Positions 48,632 to 61,260 of a stretch of 64,000 bases of DNA are shown one piece after another; within the stretch, counting starts at the first letter, position 1, and every line of letters begins with the position of its first letter. The notes beneath the pieces are model-generated. The model saw only the letters and a program-made list of their open reading frames with translations. It searched no databases and was not told the origin of the DNA. Made by a program: the position numbers and the translations under genes. Source of the stretch: Malacoraja senta (taxonomy: Eukaryota); the NCBI GenBank assembly GCA_038087875.1, contig CM075988.1, forward strand, positions 10,108,001 through 10,172,000, in the 5' to 3' direction.

Positions 48632-51600
48632 ACTCCCAGACTCTGATAGGAGCTCCTCCCTTGGTGATTCAACGGTGTTTTTGCTTTTGGGTGCACCTGC
48701 TACGATAACAGATCCCTCTGTGCATGTTACTGTGAATGGCCATTCATTCTCTGCCAAGGTCGATACTGGTGCCTTTGCAAATGTTATGTCTGTCAGCCTC
48801 TTCAAGCGGATAAGATCTGGTGAGAGAGTTACTCCCGGCGACACCCGCCTTCATGCCTATGGGGGAGGAGTTCTAGTTCCAGTGGGGAAGGTCACGCTTA
48901 TCTGCACAGTCCTTGAGACCTCTCGGCCCCTCACCTTCCACCTGCTGGATTCTGACAACGTCACCCTGTTGGGCGCCCGTGCGTGCCAGGACCTTGGCTT
49001 GGTTTCTTTCCACCGCGGAATTCACCTGGTGCAGGCCCCCATGGACCCACTGGGCGAATACCCCGACCGTTTTGATGACATTTTGGGCAAATTGCCCTGT
49101 GACTATAAAATTGTTGTCGACCCGAGTGTCGACCCGGTGGTTCGACCGGCCCACCGCGTCTCCTTTGCTATGAAGGGCCGCGTGGAATCTACTCTGCGTG
49201 ATATGGTGACCATGGGCATCCTCAAGGAGGTGAGCGCTCCCACCAGGTGGGTCTCAAACATGGTCGTCGCTGCCAAGAAGGACAAGAGCGAGATCCGGAT
49301 CTGCATTAACCCAAAGGACCTGAACCTGGCCATCAAGCGCCCGCACTACCCCATGCGGACGGTGGAGGACGTCGCTGCACAGGTCGGTCCTGCCACTGTC
49401 TTCTCTGTCTTAGACGCCAAAAGCTCATTCTGGCAGATCCCTTTAGATGAACGTTCCTCATTCCTGACCACCTTCATCACACCTTTCGGCAGGTTCCGTT
49501 TCCTCCGTATGCCGTTTGGGATCAACTCGGCTAGTGAGGTTTTCCAGCGCACCATGGAACAGCTGTTCGCTGGGTTGCCGTGCGCTATCATCGTGGATGA
49601 CATCCTGGTGTACGGGAGGGACGTCGCTGAGCATGACCTGCACCTCCGCAAAGTCCTGGACAGGGCTCGTAAAATCAATCTCAAGCTCAACCCCAAGAAG
49701 TGTCGGTTCCGGGTCCCGGAAGTCACTTACGTTGGTCACGTTTTCACGGCGGGGGGTTTAAAGCCTGACCCCCAGAAAACATCAGCAGTCACCGAGATGC
49801 CCGCTCCTACCGACGTTCCCGGCCTGCAGCGCTTCCTGGGCATGGTCAATTACCTGGGGAAGTTCATACCTGACCTCAGCGAACTGAGTGCTCCCCTGAG
49901 GGAGCTGATCAAGAAGGACTCCGCATGGGTCTTGCTCCCGCATCACCAGTCGGCGTTCGTGGCTCTGAAGTCCAAGCTCACACACACACCTACTCTCAAG
50001 TTCTTCGATCTGCACAGACCAATTGTCCTCACTTGTGATGCCTCTAAGTTCGGTCTCGGTGCCGCATGTCTGCAGCTTTATGACGGCCTGCAGCTACCTG
50101 TCTCCTACGCTTCTCGCACCATGACCCCTGCCGAGCAACGTTATGCCCAGATCGAGAAGGAGCTCCTTGCCATGGTGTTCGCCTGCTCCAAGTTTAAGGA
50201 CTACATTCTGGGCAACACCTTCACCATTGAGACTGACCACCAGCCGCTGGTCACTATTCTGAACAAGCCTATCCATGTCGCCTCTTCCCGGTTGCAGCGG
50301 ATGATGCTGAGGCTCCAGCGTTTCACGTTCCGGATTGTGTACCGCAAGGGCAAAGATATGTTTGTGGCCGACACATTGTCCCGTGCGCCGCTCCCTTCAG
50401 TTGCCCGTCACCCGTATGAATCGTCTGACCTGATGGTACTGAACGTTAACATTGTTCCATCCCAGCAGATGCAGTCCCTGGTCAAACACACTGCTGATGA
50501 TCCTGCCCTGCAACAACATGCGGACGTTATCCGCCGTGGTTGGCCTGACCGACGCTCTTCCCTGCCGGCTGGTGCCGTGCCCTACTTCCTGGTTCGTGAT
50601 GAACTGGTGCTACACGACGGCGTGGTGGTGAAGGGTCACAAGGTCGTGGTGCCGGCCGCTCTGCGGGATCACTATTTTCAATCTGCACACAACGGCCACC
50701 CCGGGGTGGAGGCCACTTTGTCCCAGGCCCAGAGCCAATTCTACTGGCCAGGTATGGCTCAGGACATCCGTGACAGGGTCTCCGCTTGCGCTGCCTGTAA
50801 CAGTCTCCTGCCTCATCAGCAGCGTCAGCCCCTCCTGCAGCAGCCGGCCCCCGAGCTACCGTGGATGTCTGTTGCCACGGACCTTTTCGAATGGCGTGGC
50901 AAGCACTTCCTGGTCCTGGTGGACTCATACTCCAGTTGGTTTGAGGTGGATCAGCTGCCTTCCATCACCTCTGCCGCCGTCATCGGGAAGCTTCGCCGCC
51001 ACTTTTGCACCTTCGGATCTCCGGTGACCCTCCAATCGGACAACGGCAGCCAGTTCTCCAGCGCCGAGTTCCGTGCCTTCGCTGCCCGTTGGAACTTTTG
51101 TCACATCACCAGCAGCCCTGAGTATCCGCAGAGCAACGGCCTTGCGGAACGCGCCGTCCGCAGTGCCAAGGAGCTGCTGGAACACTGCCGCCTTTCACAT
51201 TCCGACTTCTACCTTGCCCTCCTCAACCTCCGCAACATTTCCCGCAACCCCGCGCTCGGTTCACCTGCCCATCGCCTCATGTCCCGCACCACTAGACCAC
51301 CTCTCCCTGTCTCGCAACAGTCCCTCAAACCCTCAGTCCAGAACCCTGTCACTGTGACAGAGCGCATCATCGAGAAGAAAGCCATCCAGAAGCGCTCCTT
51401 TGACAAGTCGGCCCGGCCGCTTCCTTGCCTGTTCCCGGGCCAGGTGGTTCGGATGCAGTCCCCCTCCGGGCACTACAGGCTGGCCGTAGTGGTTGGCAAT
51501 GCCGGCTCTCCCCAGTCATACCTCGTCGACTATGAGGGCGCTTTCTACCGTCAGTCACGCCAGCACCTCCTGCTCGTCAACGAGCCTCCTCCGCCTCCCG

Positions 51601-51917
51601 CGGACCCGTTTCAGCCACCTATCCCTTCCATTCTGCCCGAGGCTCCGCCAGCCCCTGTCACTCCTCGCATATCGCGGAAACTGCCCTCCCAGCTCTCTAT
51701 GCCCCGCGCTCACAAGCCTCTTTCCCCTGCCTCGCCTGCCAGCGTGCCCGTTTCGCCTCGCTGTTCTGCTCCGTCTCCGGTTCGTTCCCCGCGCGGCTCT
51801 CCCACCTCTGTCCCTGACTCTGTCCCTTCTGCTCCTGCGGTTGAGGGGGAATGCGGGTTGCACACCCGCTCTGGCCGGTTGGTCAAGCCGCCTGTCCATT
51901 ACGGGGAGCTCGCTTAG
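48588..51917 (+). CDS. pol: Gypsy Pol (protease, RT, RNase H, integrase), +1 relative to gag
   Basis: VDTGA protease; LDAKSSFWQI, RMPFG and VDDILV in RT; CDASKFGLGA and ETDHQPL in RNase H; HNGH...CAAC and TDLF/SDNG/AERAV in integrase. No internal stops over ~1109 codons. Confidence 0.95.
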   Translation, partial: TTLQTLIGYQYQSDELPDSDRSSSLGDSTVFLLLGAPATITDPSVHVTVNGHSFSAKVDTGAFANVMSVSLFKRIRSGERVTPGDTRLHAYGGGVLVPVGKVTLICTVLETSRPLTFHLLDSDNVTLLGARACQDLGLVSFHRGIHLVQAPMDPLGEYPDRFDDILGKLPCDYKIVVDPSVDPVVRPAHRVSFAMKGRVESTLRDMVTMGILKEVSAPTRWVSNMVVAAKKDKSEIRICINPKDLNLAIKRPHYPMRTVEDVAAQVGPATVFSVLDAKSSFWQIPLDERSSFLTTFITPFGRFRFLRMPFGINSASEVFQRTMEQLFAGLPCAIIVDDILVYGRDVAEHDLHLRKVLDRARKINLKLNPKKCRFRVPEVTYVGHVFTAGGLKPDPQKTSAVTEMPAPTDVPGLQRFLGMVNYLGKFIPDLSELSAPLRELIKKDSAWVLLPHHQSAFVALKSKLTHTPTLKFFDLHRPIVLTCDASKFGLGAACLQLYDGLQLPVSYASRTMTPAEQRYAQIEKELLAMVFACSKFKDYILGNTFTIETDHQPLVTILNKPIHVASSRLQRMMLRLQRFTFRIVYRKGKDMFVADTLSRAPLPSVARHPYESSDLMVLNVNIVPSQQMQSLVKHTADDPALQQHADVIRRGWPDRRSSLPAGAVPYFLVRDELVLHDGVVVKGHKVVVPAALRDHYFQSAHNGHPGVEATLSQAQSQFYWPGMAQDIRDRVSACAACNSLLPHQQRQPLLQQPAPELPWMSVATDLFEWRGKHFLVLVDSYSSWFEVDQLPSITSAAVIGKLRRHFCTFGSPVTLQSDNGSQFSSAEFRAFAARWNFCHITSSPEYPQSNGLAERAVRSAKELLEHCRLSHSDFYLALLNLRNISRNPALGSPAHRLMSRTTRPPLPVSQQSLKPSVQNPVTVTERIIEKKAIQKRSFDKSARPLPCLFPGQVVRMQSPSGHYRLAVVVGNAGSPQSYLVDYEGAFYRQSRQHLLLVNEPPPPPADPFQPPIPSILPEAPPAPVTPRISRKLPSQLSMPRAHKPLSPASPASVPVSPRCSAPSPVRSPRGSPTSVPDSVPSAPAVEGECGLHTRSGRLVKPPVHYGELA

Positions 51918-52021
51918 CTGTGTTATGACACGATTAACTGTTCCCGGCGCGGTTTGTAATCCTAGCGTATGAGCCGTGGTCGCTCTGTGTATTGCCATGC
52001 TTTTGTTTCCAAGAGGAGGGA

Positions 52022-52225
52022 TGTAGATCAGTGCATGTTCCTTTAACATAGTGACCTCACCACTACTAACCACTCCTCATTGTCTCTCGTATAATTGTAA
52101 GGTCCCCACCTCCAGCCCGCTCTCTAGCTCCAGTGATGACCACGGACAGCTATTGCATAGTGTGTGTTAGTGATTATAATAAACCATCAGTAAAAGACTC
52201 TGTGTAGGAATCAAGTCATTTTACA
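52022..52225 (+). repeat. 3' LTR (204 bp)
   Basis: Direct repeat of 47505-47706. Confidence 0.95.
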
Positions 52226-53524
52226 GGTCGGTCCGTTAACTGGCCGTTGTAAATTGACCCAAAGATATAGATTAGTGCTAGAATCTGGGGAGAATTTACG
52301 TGGATCTCGGAAGAATAAAATAAGATGGGATTAGCGTAGAGGAGTACTCGATAACCAGCACAGAATTGTAGTCCAAAAGACCTATTCTGACTTTATAAAT
52401 CGCATTGATTCAAAAGGGTTACTCAGTGCTAACTTGTCAAGGATGAGTAGGAGCAGACAATAAATACAGGCTTGTGAGCAACATCCCATAAAAATTAAAC
52501 TTACAAGTAAAAATTAGAAGATTTACATAAAGTCTAATTTAATTGCTTCAGATTTTGTCTGAAGTAGGGTCTCAACCTGAAATGTCACCCATTCCTTCTC
52601 TCAAGAGCTGCTGCCTGTCCCGCCGAGTTTCTCCAACTTTTTGTGTCTATCTTCAGATTTGGACTTGTCAATTTTACCTTCCAGGTTCAGCTAACATGAT
52701 TTTAAAGCAAATCATTTTGTTTTACTCTGGGATTGAGGCCGAGCATTGCAGCCATCTCCTCCACAGCACTGAAGAAATACTTCATGTCGGATAATGGGAT
52801 TCTCCCATGAGGTGGTGGAATCAAGATTTCATCTCACAAGCTAAGTGATTGCTTTGCACGATAGGCTCACAATATTATTCTCAAAGATGCTTGGATAAGC
52901 AATGAGTATGAACAAGGCACTGAATCTTTTAAATGAGGAATTGGTCCATAAATAATTCACAAATAGTTAATTAATCAAACCAACTGGTTTTGCCAATTGA
53001 TTTAACATCAGATTTGATAGTAAATAATTCTCAGGAATTGTGCAAGGAACCCAAACCCTCAACAGAAATAAAAAGTAGAAAACGGTTGTTGTAAAAATAA
53101 CGTGTTGGCTTAGGGGGGCTTAATTTACTGCTGTATGAACTGAAAGACAATGAAATTGCTGACATACAAAGTGAAGCTCTTTAGATATTCATGTAATCCC
53201 TTTGAAGCGGATTTGAAACATGCCTGAACAATGCACACCCCTGCTCACAAGGTGCAGATACTGTGACATGCACATTAACAGGAGGGCCACACAAGCAAAG
53301 TGCAACCAAATCCTTGCAATTTTGTCACAGTTTCAACCTTCAGAAAAAATGTTCCATTCACACCTTATTGTAGATAACTTCAACTCAATAAATGTATTCT
53401 TTATCAACAGCAAGTTAAGTTCTTCCTGCAAGGTCTGAACTGTAGGGAGAGGCTGGGAAGGCTAGCACTTTACTCTTCAGAGCGCAGGAAGCTGAGGGAT
53501 GATCCAATAGAGGTGCATAAAATC

Positions 53525-53712
53525 ATAGGGTGAATGCACAGATCCTTTACCAAGAATAAGGAAAACAAGAACGAGAGGGCACAGCAAGATGAGAGGGGAA
53601 ATGGTTGACGTTTCCACTTCTTGAAACGTCACCCATTTCCCCTCTCATCTTGCTGTGCCCTCTCGTTCTTGTTGTCCTTATTCTTGGTAAAGGATCTGTG
53701 CATTCACCCTAT
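53525..53712. repeat. 90-bp inverted repeat with an 8-nt loop
   Basis: Arms 53525-53614 and 53623-53712, with two mismatches by eye. Confidence 0.9.
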
Positions 53713-56604
53713 TCCTTGTATCCAGAGATGCTGCCTGTCCTGTTGAGTTACTCCAGCATTTTGTGTCTATCTTCAGTGTAAACCAGCATCTGCAGTTCCT
53801 TCCTACACATATGCAATTCCTTGAACATTGAATTCACCGGTTTTAGGTGACTAACCCACAAACAGACCTGTTCCCCCTCCCCTTTCTCCCCAAGACCTCT
53901 CCATACTCTTTCTTGTCTCCCCCACTCCCCTCCAATGAACCCTGGCTGACCTTGCTCCGGTTTCTCTCCTCTCTCTTTATCCATTCCAATGGCTTCACAA
54001 TTCACAGTTTATCTATCCCCAAGCTTAACAATTTGCAATTTGTTATCCTTTACAAGCTCACATCTGTCTTTTCATCCTTGTATTTTAAAAAAAAACCTTG
54101 CCTATGTTCACCTATTACATTTTTTGGGACATGCTCTGTCCTGCCCCTGCCCCTGGTCTTTTCTAGCTTGCTTTACCACTACCCCACAATCAGTCTGAAG
54201 TAGGGTCCCAACACGAAACATCACCTGTCCATGTTACTCCAGACGTTCTGCCTGACCCGCTGAGTTGCTCCAGCATTCTGTGACTTTCTTCCATAAGGTT
54301 GAACTGACTTACACAATCTTAATCCTACAACAGCCACATAACCCTTGCGTTATAATGCGTTACATCGTTCAAAAGAAAACCTTTCAAACGATTTTCATAT
54401 TCCGGAGGAAAATGTCTACAATAAACTTGATTTTTGAATGAACTTTTAAAATTGGCAGTTTAGAAGACTAATCTTCTTAACACATTAGCTGGAGGGTTTA
54501 TAATCAATCCTTAAATGATGGGATGTGACATTTATGAATTTTGCACTTGTTAAAACATTGGACTGGAAAATCTGGTTTCATAGCATTGATTTAGGGGCTG
54601 AATTAGTTCCAAAAATGGTGTCCAATAAATTTACATCTGTCTGTGATGCAAGTCACGTGCGATACCAAGTAAGTGAGGGTATTGGAGTGCGCACCTGTGA
54701 TACCATGCAGAAAACTACATCAGTGTCAAATTATGATATTTCTTACTGGGTAATGCTGATTTGATGCCTGTGGTGGAATTCAGTCCTCTGACTAATGCCT
54801 TCTTTTAACCTGACACTGTTAAATAAACATTCAACAGTCAGAAAGGCTCACCCCTCCCTATTAGTTTAATTGAAAAGGTTCAGCAACAATATTCAGTTTT
54901 AGTTTAGTTCTTTATTGTCACGCGTACCGAGGTACAGTGAAAAGCTTTTGAATGTGCTTTCCAGTTAATGAAAAGACTATTATACATGATTACAATCAAG
55001 CCGTCCAAAGTGCACAGATAAAGGATAAAGGGTACAACATTTAGTGCGAGATAAAGTCACATTACAGAGGGTTCAAAGGTTTCCAATGAGGTAGATGGGA
55101 GATCAAGACCGCACTCTAGCTGAAGAGTTGACCGTTCATTTGCCTGGTTGCCTAGAAATTGAGCTTAGATCCCAACAGGTTTCTATTACCTGGTACTACA
55201 GGTTTCTATTACCTGGTACACTGTATGTTCTTTTACTTTTATGTGTTTTTTAAAGTTACTCAATATGCAGGGAGTGATGTGGCAAGTGATGAGGTCGTCA
55301 TAGGTATGGTTCTTCTGAGGCATTCCTTCTTGGAGTACAGTATCATTGGGAAGGTGTTGGAGCAGGTAGAATGGAGGGGGATGCAAGAAGTGCTTTAAGC
55401 CAGTGGTAATATCAATGGACTACATCCATCAACATCCAGAATTAGTCTTCAGAGTGCTGAAATGTTTTCTTTGTGTCTTCTTAAATGCTGCCCGACCTGC
55501 TGAGTGTTCCCAGCATTTTTCATTTTAACTCAAGCGGAAGCAGATTCTACTCCATCAGTCTGTAATCAATATTGATGTATTTTTGTTTTGATGGTGCCAG
55601 TGGGAAAAATAAAACTTTGCACTTACAAAATGTGCAAGCTCAGTTCCATCATACACATCCAGCCTGGATAGCAAATGGAAATAGAAAGAGCAGATGGTAA
55701 TACAGGAATGTCTTTTGCCAGTGGTAATGTCATCCTTGAGGATTCAAAGTATCTTATATGACTCTATGAGACAGAACCAGCGGAGGAAGGGGGATGCGCT
55801 GTGGTGGAACCAAATTTGGATCATTCTATCAAGTCATGGAAGCTACCATATACACTTATGTACACATATACATATACAATTATACATATATACATACACA
55901 AGATAGACACAAAGTGCTGGAGTTACTCAGCGGGTCAGGCAGCATCTCTGGAGAGAAAGGATGGATGATGTTTCGGGTCGGGACCCTTCTTCAAACTGAA
56001 AGTAGGGGGTGAGGTGGGAGGTGAAGAACTGGAAGTGAGAGAAGACCAGGACCATAAGCACATACACAATTTGGACCATTATATGCAGAAAACAAAATTG
56101 GAGCTCATGTGAGAGAATTGAAATATTTCTTTAAATTCTGAACTAAGCAGAATCCTTAATAAGTTATGATATAATTTTACAAAAGCAAATTGGATGATTT
56201 TGCTTTGATTACTGGTGTCATATTTACAAGACTGAAATGACTTTAGTGGGAGGGGAAATCTTGCTTCCATATTTCATTTGTTTGTACACAGTGTTCGAGC
56301 CTTTGATTCTTTGTCGATTTGACAATAGCGATAGTGAGCTGCAGACACTTACTCACTGGGGCTTTTGTAGCCTACATGGCTTCCATCTGACTGTGTAACA
56401 ATCACCTTTCAGCTTTCCAGAGATTAATTCATTCATTCATCATTGTTGAAAACATTAGCACCGAATGCCCCAAAATAATATAAAATATTATAATATTTGA
56501 AAATAACGTAAATTTGTCCTCTATCGCATGCATTAAAAGTTTAATGTATTCATTCAATGCGATGTGGTTGTTGTTGGCCCATGTTATGCCCATCCTTTAC
56601 TGAG

Positions 56605-57195
56605 TCGAGGAGTTATACAGCATGAAAACAGACCATTTGTCCCAACACACCCATGCCAACCAAAATGTCCATCTAAGCTAAGCATTTGACCAATATCCTA
56701 TCCATGTACTTGCCCAAATATCTTTTAAATGTTGTTATTGCAGCTGCATCAACAACTTCCTTTTGGCAGCTCGTTCACTCTCATTCACACACCCCTCTCT
56801 GTGTGAAAAGGTTGTCCCACAGATTTCTATTGATCTTTTCCCTCACCTCAAACTAATTCCTTTAGTTCTTAATACTTGATTCTCCAATCCTGAGAATAAG
56901 ACTGTGCACTTTCCTATCAATGCCACTCAAGATTGTGAATACATCAATAGCCTTCAACGCTCAAGGAATAAATTCCTAGCCTACCCACCTCTCCCAATAA
57001 TCCAATCCCTCGAGTCCTGGCAACATCCTTGCAAATGGTTTCTGCAATTTTCTAGCTTAATGGCACCTTTAAGAATGTCCAAAACTGAACAAAATACTCC
57101 AAGTGCAGCCTCATCAATGTCTCATACAACTGCAACTTAACATCCCAACTTCTATATCCAATGCGCTGACTGATGAAGGCCAGCATGCCAAAAGT
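56605..57195 (-). mobile_element. Old CR1 3' fragment
   Basis: Peptide FGMLAFISQRIGYRSWDVKLQLYETLMRLHLEYFVQFW plus a degenerate 3' UTR. Confidence 0.75.
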
Positions 57196-57339
57196 CTTTC
57201 TCTCAACCCAGTCTACCTGTACCCCTTTTAAATGTGGTAGCAAGTCATTTCCCATTTTCTGCAGTCCATAGCTCCCTGAATGTAGTAACACAAGAAGAAC
57301 AAGAAGGTGTGCAGCATACTTGCCTTCAGCAGTTGGGGC

Positions 57340-57865
57340 ATTGTATTGTTGAAACTGCATAAAACCATGGTTTGGCCACACTTGGGATACTGTGTGCATT
57401 ACTGGTTGTCACACCGTGGGAAAGATGTGGAATGAGTACAAAACTGAATGTTGCCTGGATTGGAGTCTATTAGCAAAAAGGAGAGGTTGGACAAACTTGG
57501 ATCCCATTCTCTGGAGCATCAGAGGCAGAGGTGGCAACCTGAAAGGAGTGTATAAAGTTATGAGAGCCATAGATAGTGTTGATAGTCAGTCTTTTTCCCA
57601 GGGTTGATAGGCGAATTTCTAGTGGTAATAGATGAGGGAAAATGTTTAAAGGAGATGTGTGAAGCAAGTATGTTTTCACACAAAGTGGTTGGTGCCTAGA
57701 ACACATTGCCAAGGGTGATGATAGAAGCAGATATGGTAGCAATGTTTAAGGGGCATTAAGAAAGACATGTGAACTGATAGGGAATAGAGGGATACAGGTG
57801 TGATTGGTTAGATTGGCATCATAGTTAGTGCAAACACGATGAGACAAACAGCCTGTTCTGTTGTT
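57340..57865 (+). mobile_element. Old CR1 3' fragment
   Basis: Degenerate match to the CR1 3' end (GTATAAAGTTATGAGAG, TTTAAAGGAGATGTG, TTTTCACACA). Confidence 0.65.
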
Positions 57866-60087
57866 GAACAATTATCCATTGTTATTCTTTAGGGGTGAGG
57901 ATCATTCTATAGCCTGAATTAGACAACATTAATAACCTGAACTAGAATGGGTTGGTCAAGGTAGTAAATTTGCTGACATCTGTCACCTGCTGTACTATCT
58001 CTATGCCCATGACTATGTATCCAGATCCATTTCCAACTCAATCTTCACATTCACCATGATTCCATCATGGTTGTTTGAATGAATCAGATAGACACAGATA
58101 AGTTTGAAGAAGGATCTCGACTCAAAATCTCACCTATTCCTTTTCTCCTGAGATGCTGCCAGGACTTTGTGTCTACTAGCATCCGCAGTTCCTTCCTACA
58201 CATTGTTGTACGAATAATGGGTAACAATGAGTCAAGGTACAGAAGGGAGCTCAAGACTAGGCTTGAACCATGAATTAAATACAACCATCTGTGCCATGTG
58301 GGAGAGGAGATGTGTAGGAAAATCCAATTGGAAAATTTACAGCACAGAAAGTGCATATAGCCCCAGAGTACGTCAACTCTTACAACCTCTTCATAGCATT
58401 AATGAGAGCTCTGGGAGGATGTTCCCTTTCTGTTTCACCAGCTGTCGAGTGTGTGTGTGGGACTAGAGACAAAAGTAACGGGGAAGAAAACAAAAATAAT
58501 TAAAATGAAGAGCTTCTTCATACTCAGAAACATATGTTGAACAGCTTGGACTGGCCTCAGCTCCCTTCTCCTTTGGGTCGAGTTGTTCTGCTTGGAAATG
58601 TCGCTGCATCTCATGAAGAAGCGTTGTGACAGCAGGTTTTAATTACGCTAGATAATGGAGTGCCTGAGCTTTTTGCTTTGGTGTGGCCTTGAACTTATAT
58701 TTCTTTAAATTTCCCCATGTTCAAGTATGCATCTTGGTGCATTTACACAATAGACGAATGCTGCTCAAGAGATGCTTGAAGGGAGAGGTGTTCACTGTAT
58801 CAACAATAAGAGAATTGAATGGCTGTACAATAAAGGAGACCTGGTGCCCATAATTCTGGAAAATCATGCAAAATTGGTGCATCTTTGAGAGAAGCCAGAG
58901 TCTATGAATACACAAACTGTGAGAACAGTCATACAGTGATTGAGATACAGTGCGGCACAATTAGCGCATTAGGTAGAGACGTTTCCTTGCTGCTCCAGTG
59001 ACTGCAATCAACCCTAACCTCTGGTACCATCTCTGTAGAGTTTGCACATTCTCCCTGTGACCACACGGATTTCCTTCAGACACATCCAGTTCTTCCTACA
59101 TCCCAAAGGCGTGTGGATCGAGAGGTGATTTGGCAACAGTAGAATTGGCACTTGTGTACATGTTAGTGATAGGGCAGTCAATTTGAACACGGGAGACGAG
59201 GTGCCTTGAAAACTTGTGGGGAATGGAATTGGGGTGCCAGCCAAAGTGCTGAATGAACTTCCTTTCATTTCATATGGAAATCTGCAAAGGCACAGGGAAA
59301 GACAATTGCCTCACCTGCACTTTTGATTATCTATGGAGCTATAACCTTCACAATAATGTCATGAAATGGAGGTTTCAATCAGCTGTAGAAATGCTGACGT
59401 GCAGGAATCGAAGAGGTTTTGTTAACATGTGGCATGAGTTAGGTTTGAATTAACAGCCACTCAGTTCCATTAATATTGATAAAGTGAAGAGCACATATAC
59501 TGAAAAGACAAATGTTATATTTCCTCAGCTCAATGCACTCCAATGTGAATGTTTAACCTCACTATATGGTCTTCACACCTAAAATATAGTTGAAGTGAAT
59601 TTACTCATTGTAGTGACCAGAATTATGTTTAAACATCAGGCACGTAATTAATAATTATGGATCTGTAACATTAAAAATCACATCAAATAATTAACAGGAA
59701 ATGGGAGGGAGCTAAAGTGCTGTTTGTACAGATGAGGAGAGGCATGGGTGCAATATCTTTTAGTTTATTTTCGACTTTAGAAATACAGTGCGGAAACAAG
59801 CCCTTTGGCCCTTTGTCTGCATCGACCAGCTATCAAGATCTCGGAGAAAACCCACGCAGGTCACGGGGAGAACGTACAAAGTCCGTACAGACAGCACCCA
59901 TAGTCAGGATCAAACCCGGGTCTCCGGCGCTGCATTCGCTGTAAGGCAGCAACTCTACCGCTGTGCCACCGTACCACTGTGGCACTAATGGCTGTCAAGG
60001 AAAGGAAATCAGGCAATTCAACCTGGGTTGGTTTGTATGTGAATGCAGATCCATTAACAAGTGCCTACTCAGTTCAGGAGCAACTAA

Positions 60088-60665
60088 TGCCCCTGTCCCA
60101 CTTAGGAAACCTGAATGGGAACCTCTGGAAACTTTGCGCCCCACCCAAGGTTTCCGTAGGTTTTTGTCAGTCTCCCTAATGGTCGAAAGTGGTTTCCGCT
60201 TCGTCTATGTTCTGCCGATTATTTCAAAAAATTAAAAACCGGCCACGACTAAAAATAGGTTGCCGTTTTTTAAATCAGTAATTTTTTAGTTGAAGCCGGT
60301 TGCGATGCTAGTTGAAGGTGGTTGCCGGAGGTTGCAGGTAGTGGAAGGTAAGAACTCCTTGGTGGAATAAAACTGGGTGAAAAAAAGGTCTTACCTTCCA
60401 CTACCTGCAACCTCCGGCAACCACCTTCAACTAGCATTGCAAACGGCTTCAACTAAAAAATTACCGATTTTAAAAACGGCAACCTATTTTTAGTTGCGGC
60501 CGGTTTTGAATTTTTTGAAATACTCGCCGGAACATAGAAGAAGCGGAAACCACTTTCGACCATTAGGGAGACTGACAAAAACCTCCGGGGAACGCACGGA
60601 AACCTTGGGTGGGGCTCAAAATCTCCAGAGGTTTCCGTTCAGGTTTCCTAAGTGGGACAGGGGCA
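60088..60665. mobile_element. Almost fully palindromic MITE
   Basis: TIRs TGCCCCTGTCCCACTTAGGAAACCTGAA / TTCAGGTTTCCTAAGTGGGACAGGGGCA. Complementarity extends ~260 bp toward a centre near 60372. Confidence 0.9.
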
Positions 60666-60937
60666 TTAGGATGAATGTTAGGTTGTAACCTTGTCAATGT
60701 TGTCCACAGTCTATGAACAAATCAACAGGAAAATATATTTTAGTTCTCGTTGTTATATTTAGGCCCATGTGCAATGTCATTCCCCCATCCACTGTAAATT
60801 TCCCTCATCCAACCCATCTTTCCCATCGCAATTCTCTACTTACTTTTCCAACTACCCAGATGTGTAATTCCCTGAATTCTCTGCCTACACTCATTTACTT
60901 CTCCCGCATCTATATATTTTTGTAATACAACATCTCT

Positions 60938-61260
60938 TCAGTTCAGTTCAGTTCAGTTTAGTTTGTGACTTGTACTGAGGCACAGTGAAAAGCTTTTGTT
61001 GCACCCTAACCAGTCAGCGGGAAGACAAGACATGATTACAATTGAGCCAGTTACAGTGTATGGATACATGTTACGTGAATAATGTTTGGTGCAAGGTAAA
61101 GCAAATAAAGTCTGATCAAAGATAGTCTGAGGGTCTCCAATCAGGTAGATAGCAGCTCAGGACTGCTCTCTACTTGTGGTAGGATGGTTCAGTTGCCTGA
61201 TAACAGCTGGGAAAAACTCTCATGTATCCGGAGGTGTGTGTTTTCACACTTCTATACCGT
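60938..61260 (-). mobile_element. 3' fragment of a Rex1-like LINE with an (ACTGA)n tail
   Basis: Similar to 54895-55140 and to the end of the Rex1 ORF (GTGAAAAGCTTTTG, CATGATTACAAT, CAGCTGGGAA). Confidence 0.55.

Larger units (their letters stand above)
47505..52225 (+). mobile_element. Full-length Ty3/Gypsy LTR retrotransposon, recent insertion into a SINE
   Basis: LTRs 47505-47706 and 52022-52225 (TG...CA) differ by 3 substitutions and one 2-bp indel. TSD GGTCG at 47500-47504 and 52226-52230. PBS TGGTGTCACAGTGG at 47707, PPT AAGAGGAGGGA at 52011-52021. Domain order PR-RT-RH-IN. Confidence 0.97.

Noticed and set aside
51555..52073. 172-aa antisense ORF or env-like extra gene in the Gypsy element
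   Set aside because: It is the reverse of the GC-rich Pro/Ser tail of pol, with no signal peptide or transmembrane segment. Only ~100 bp separate the pol stop from the 3' LTR, leaving no room for env.
56605..57865. Single CR1 with a 5' inversion
   Set aside because: Both pieces include the 3' end and cover overlapping parts of the consensus, so they are two independent old insertions.
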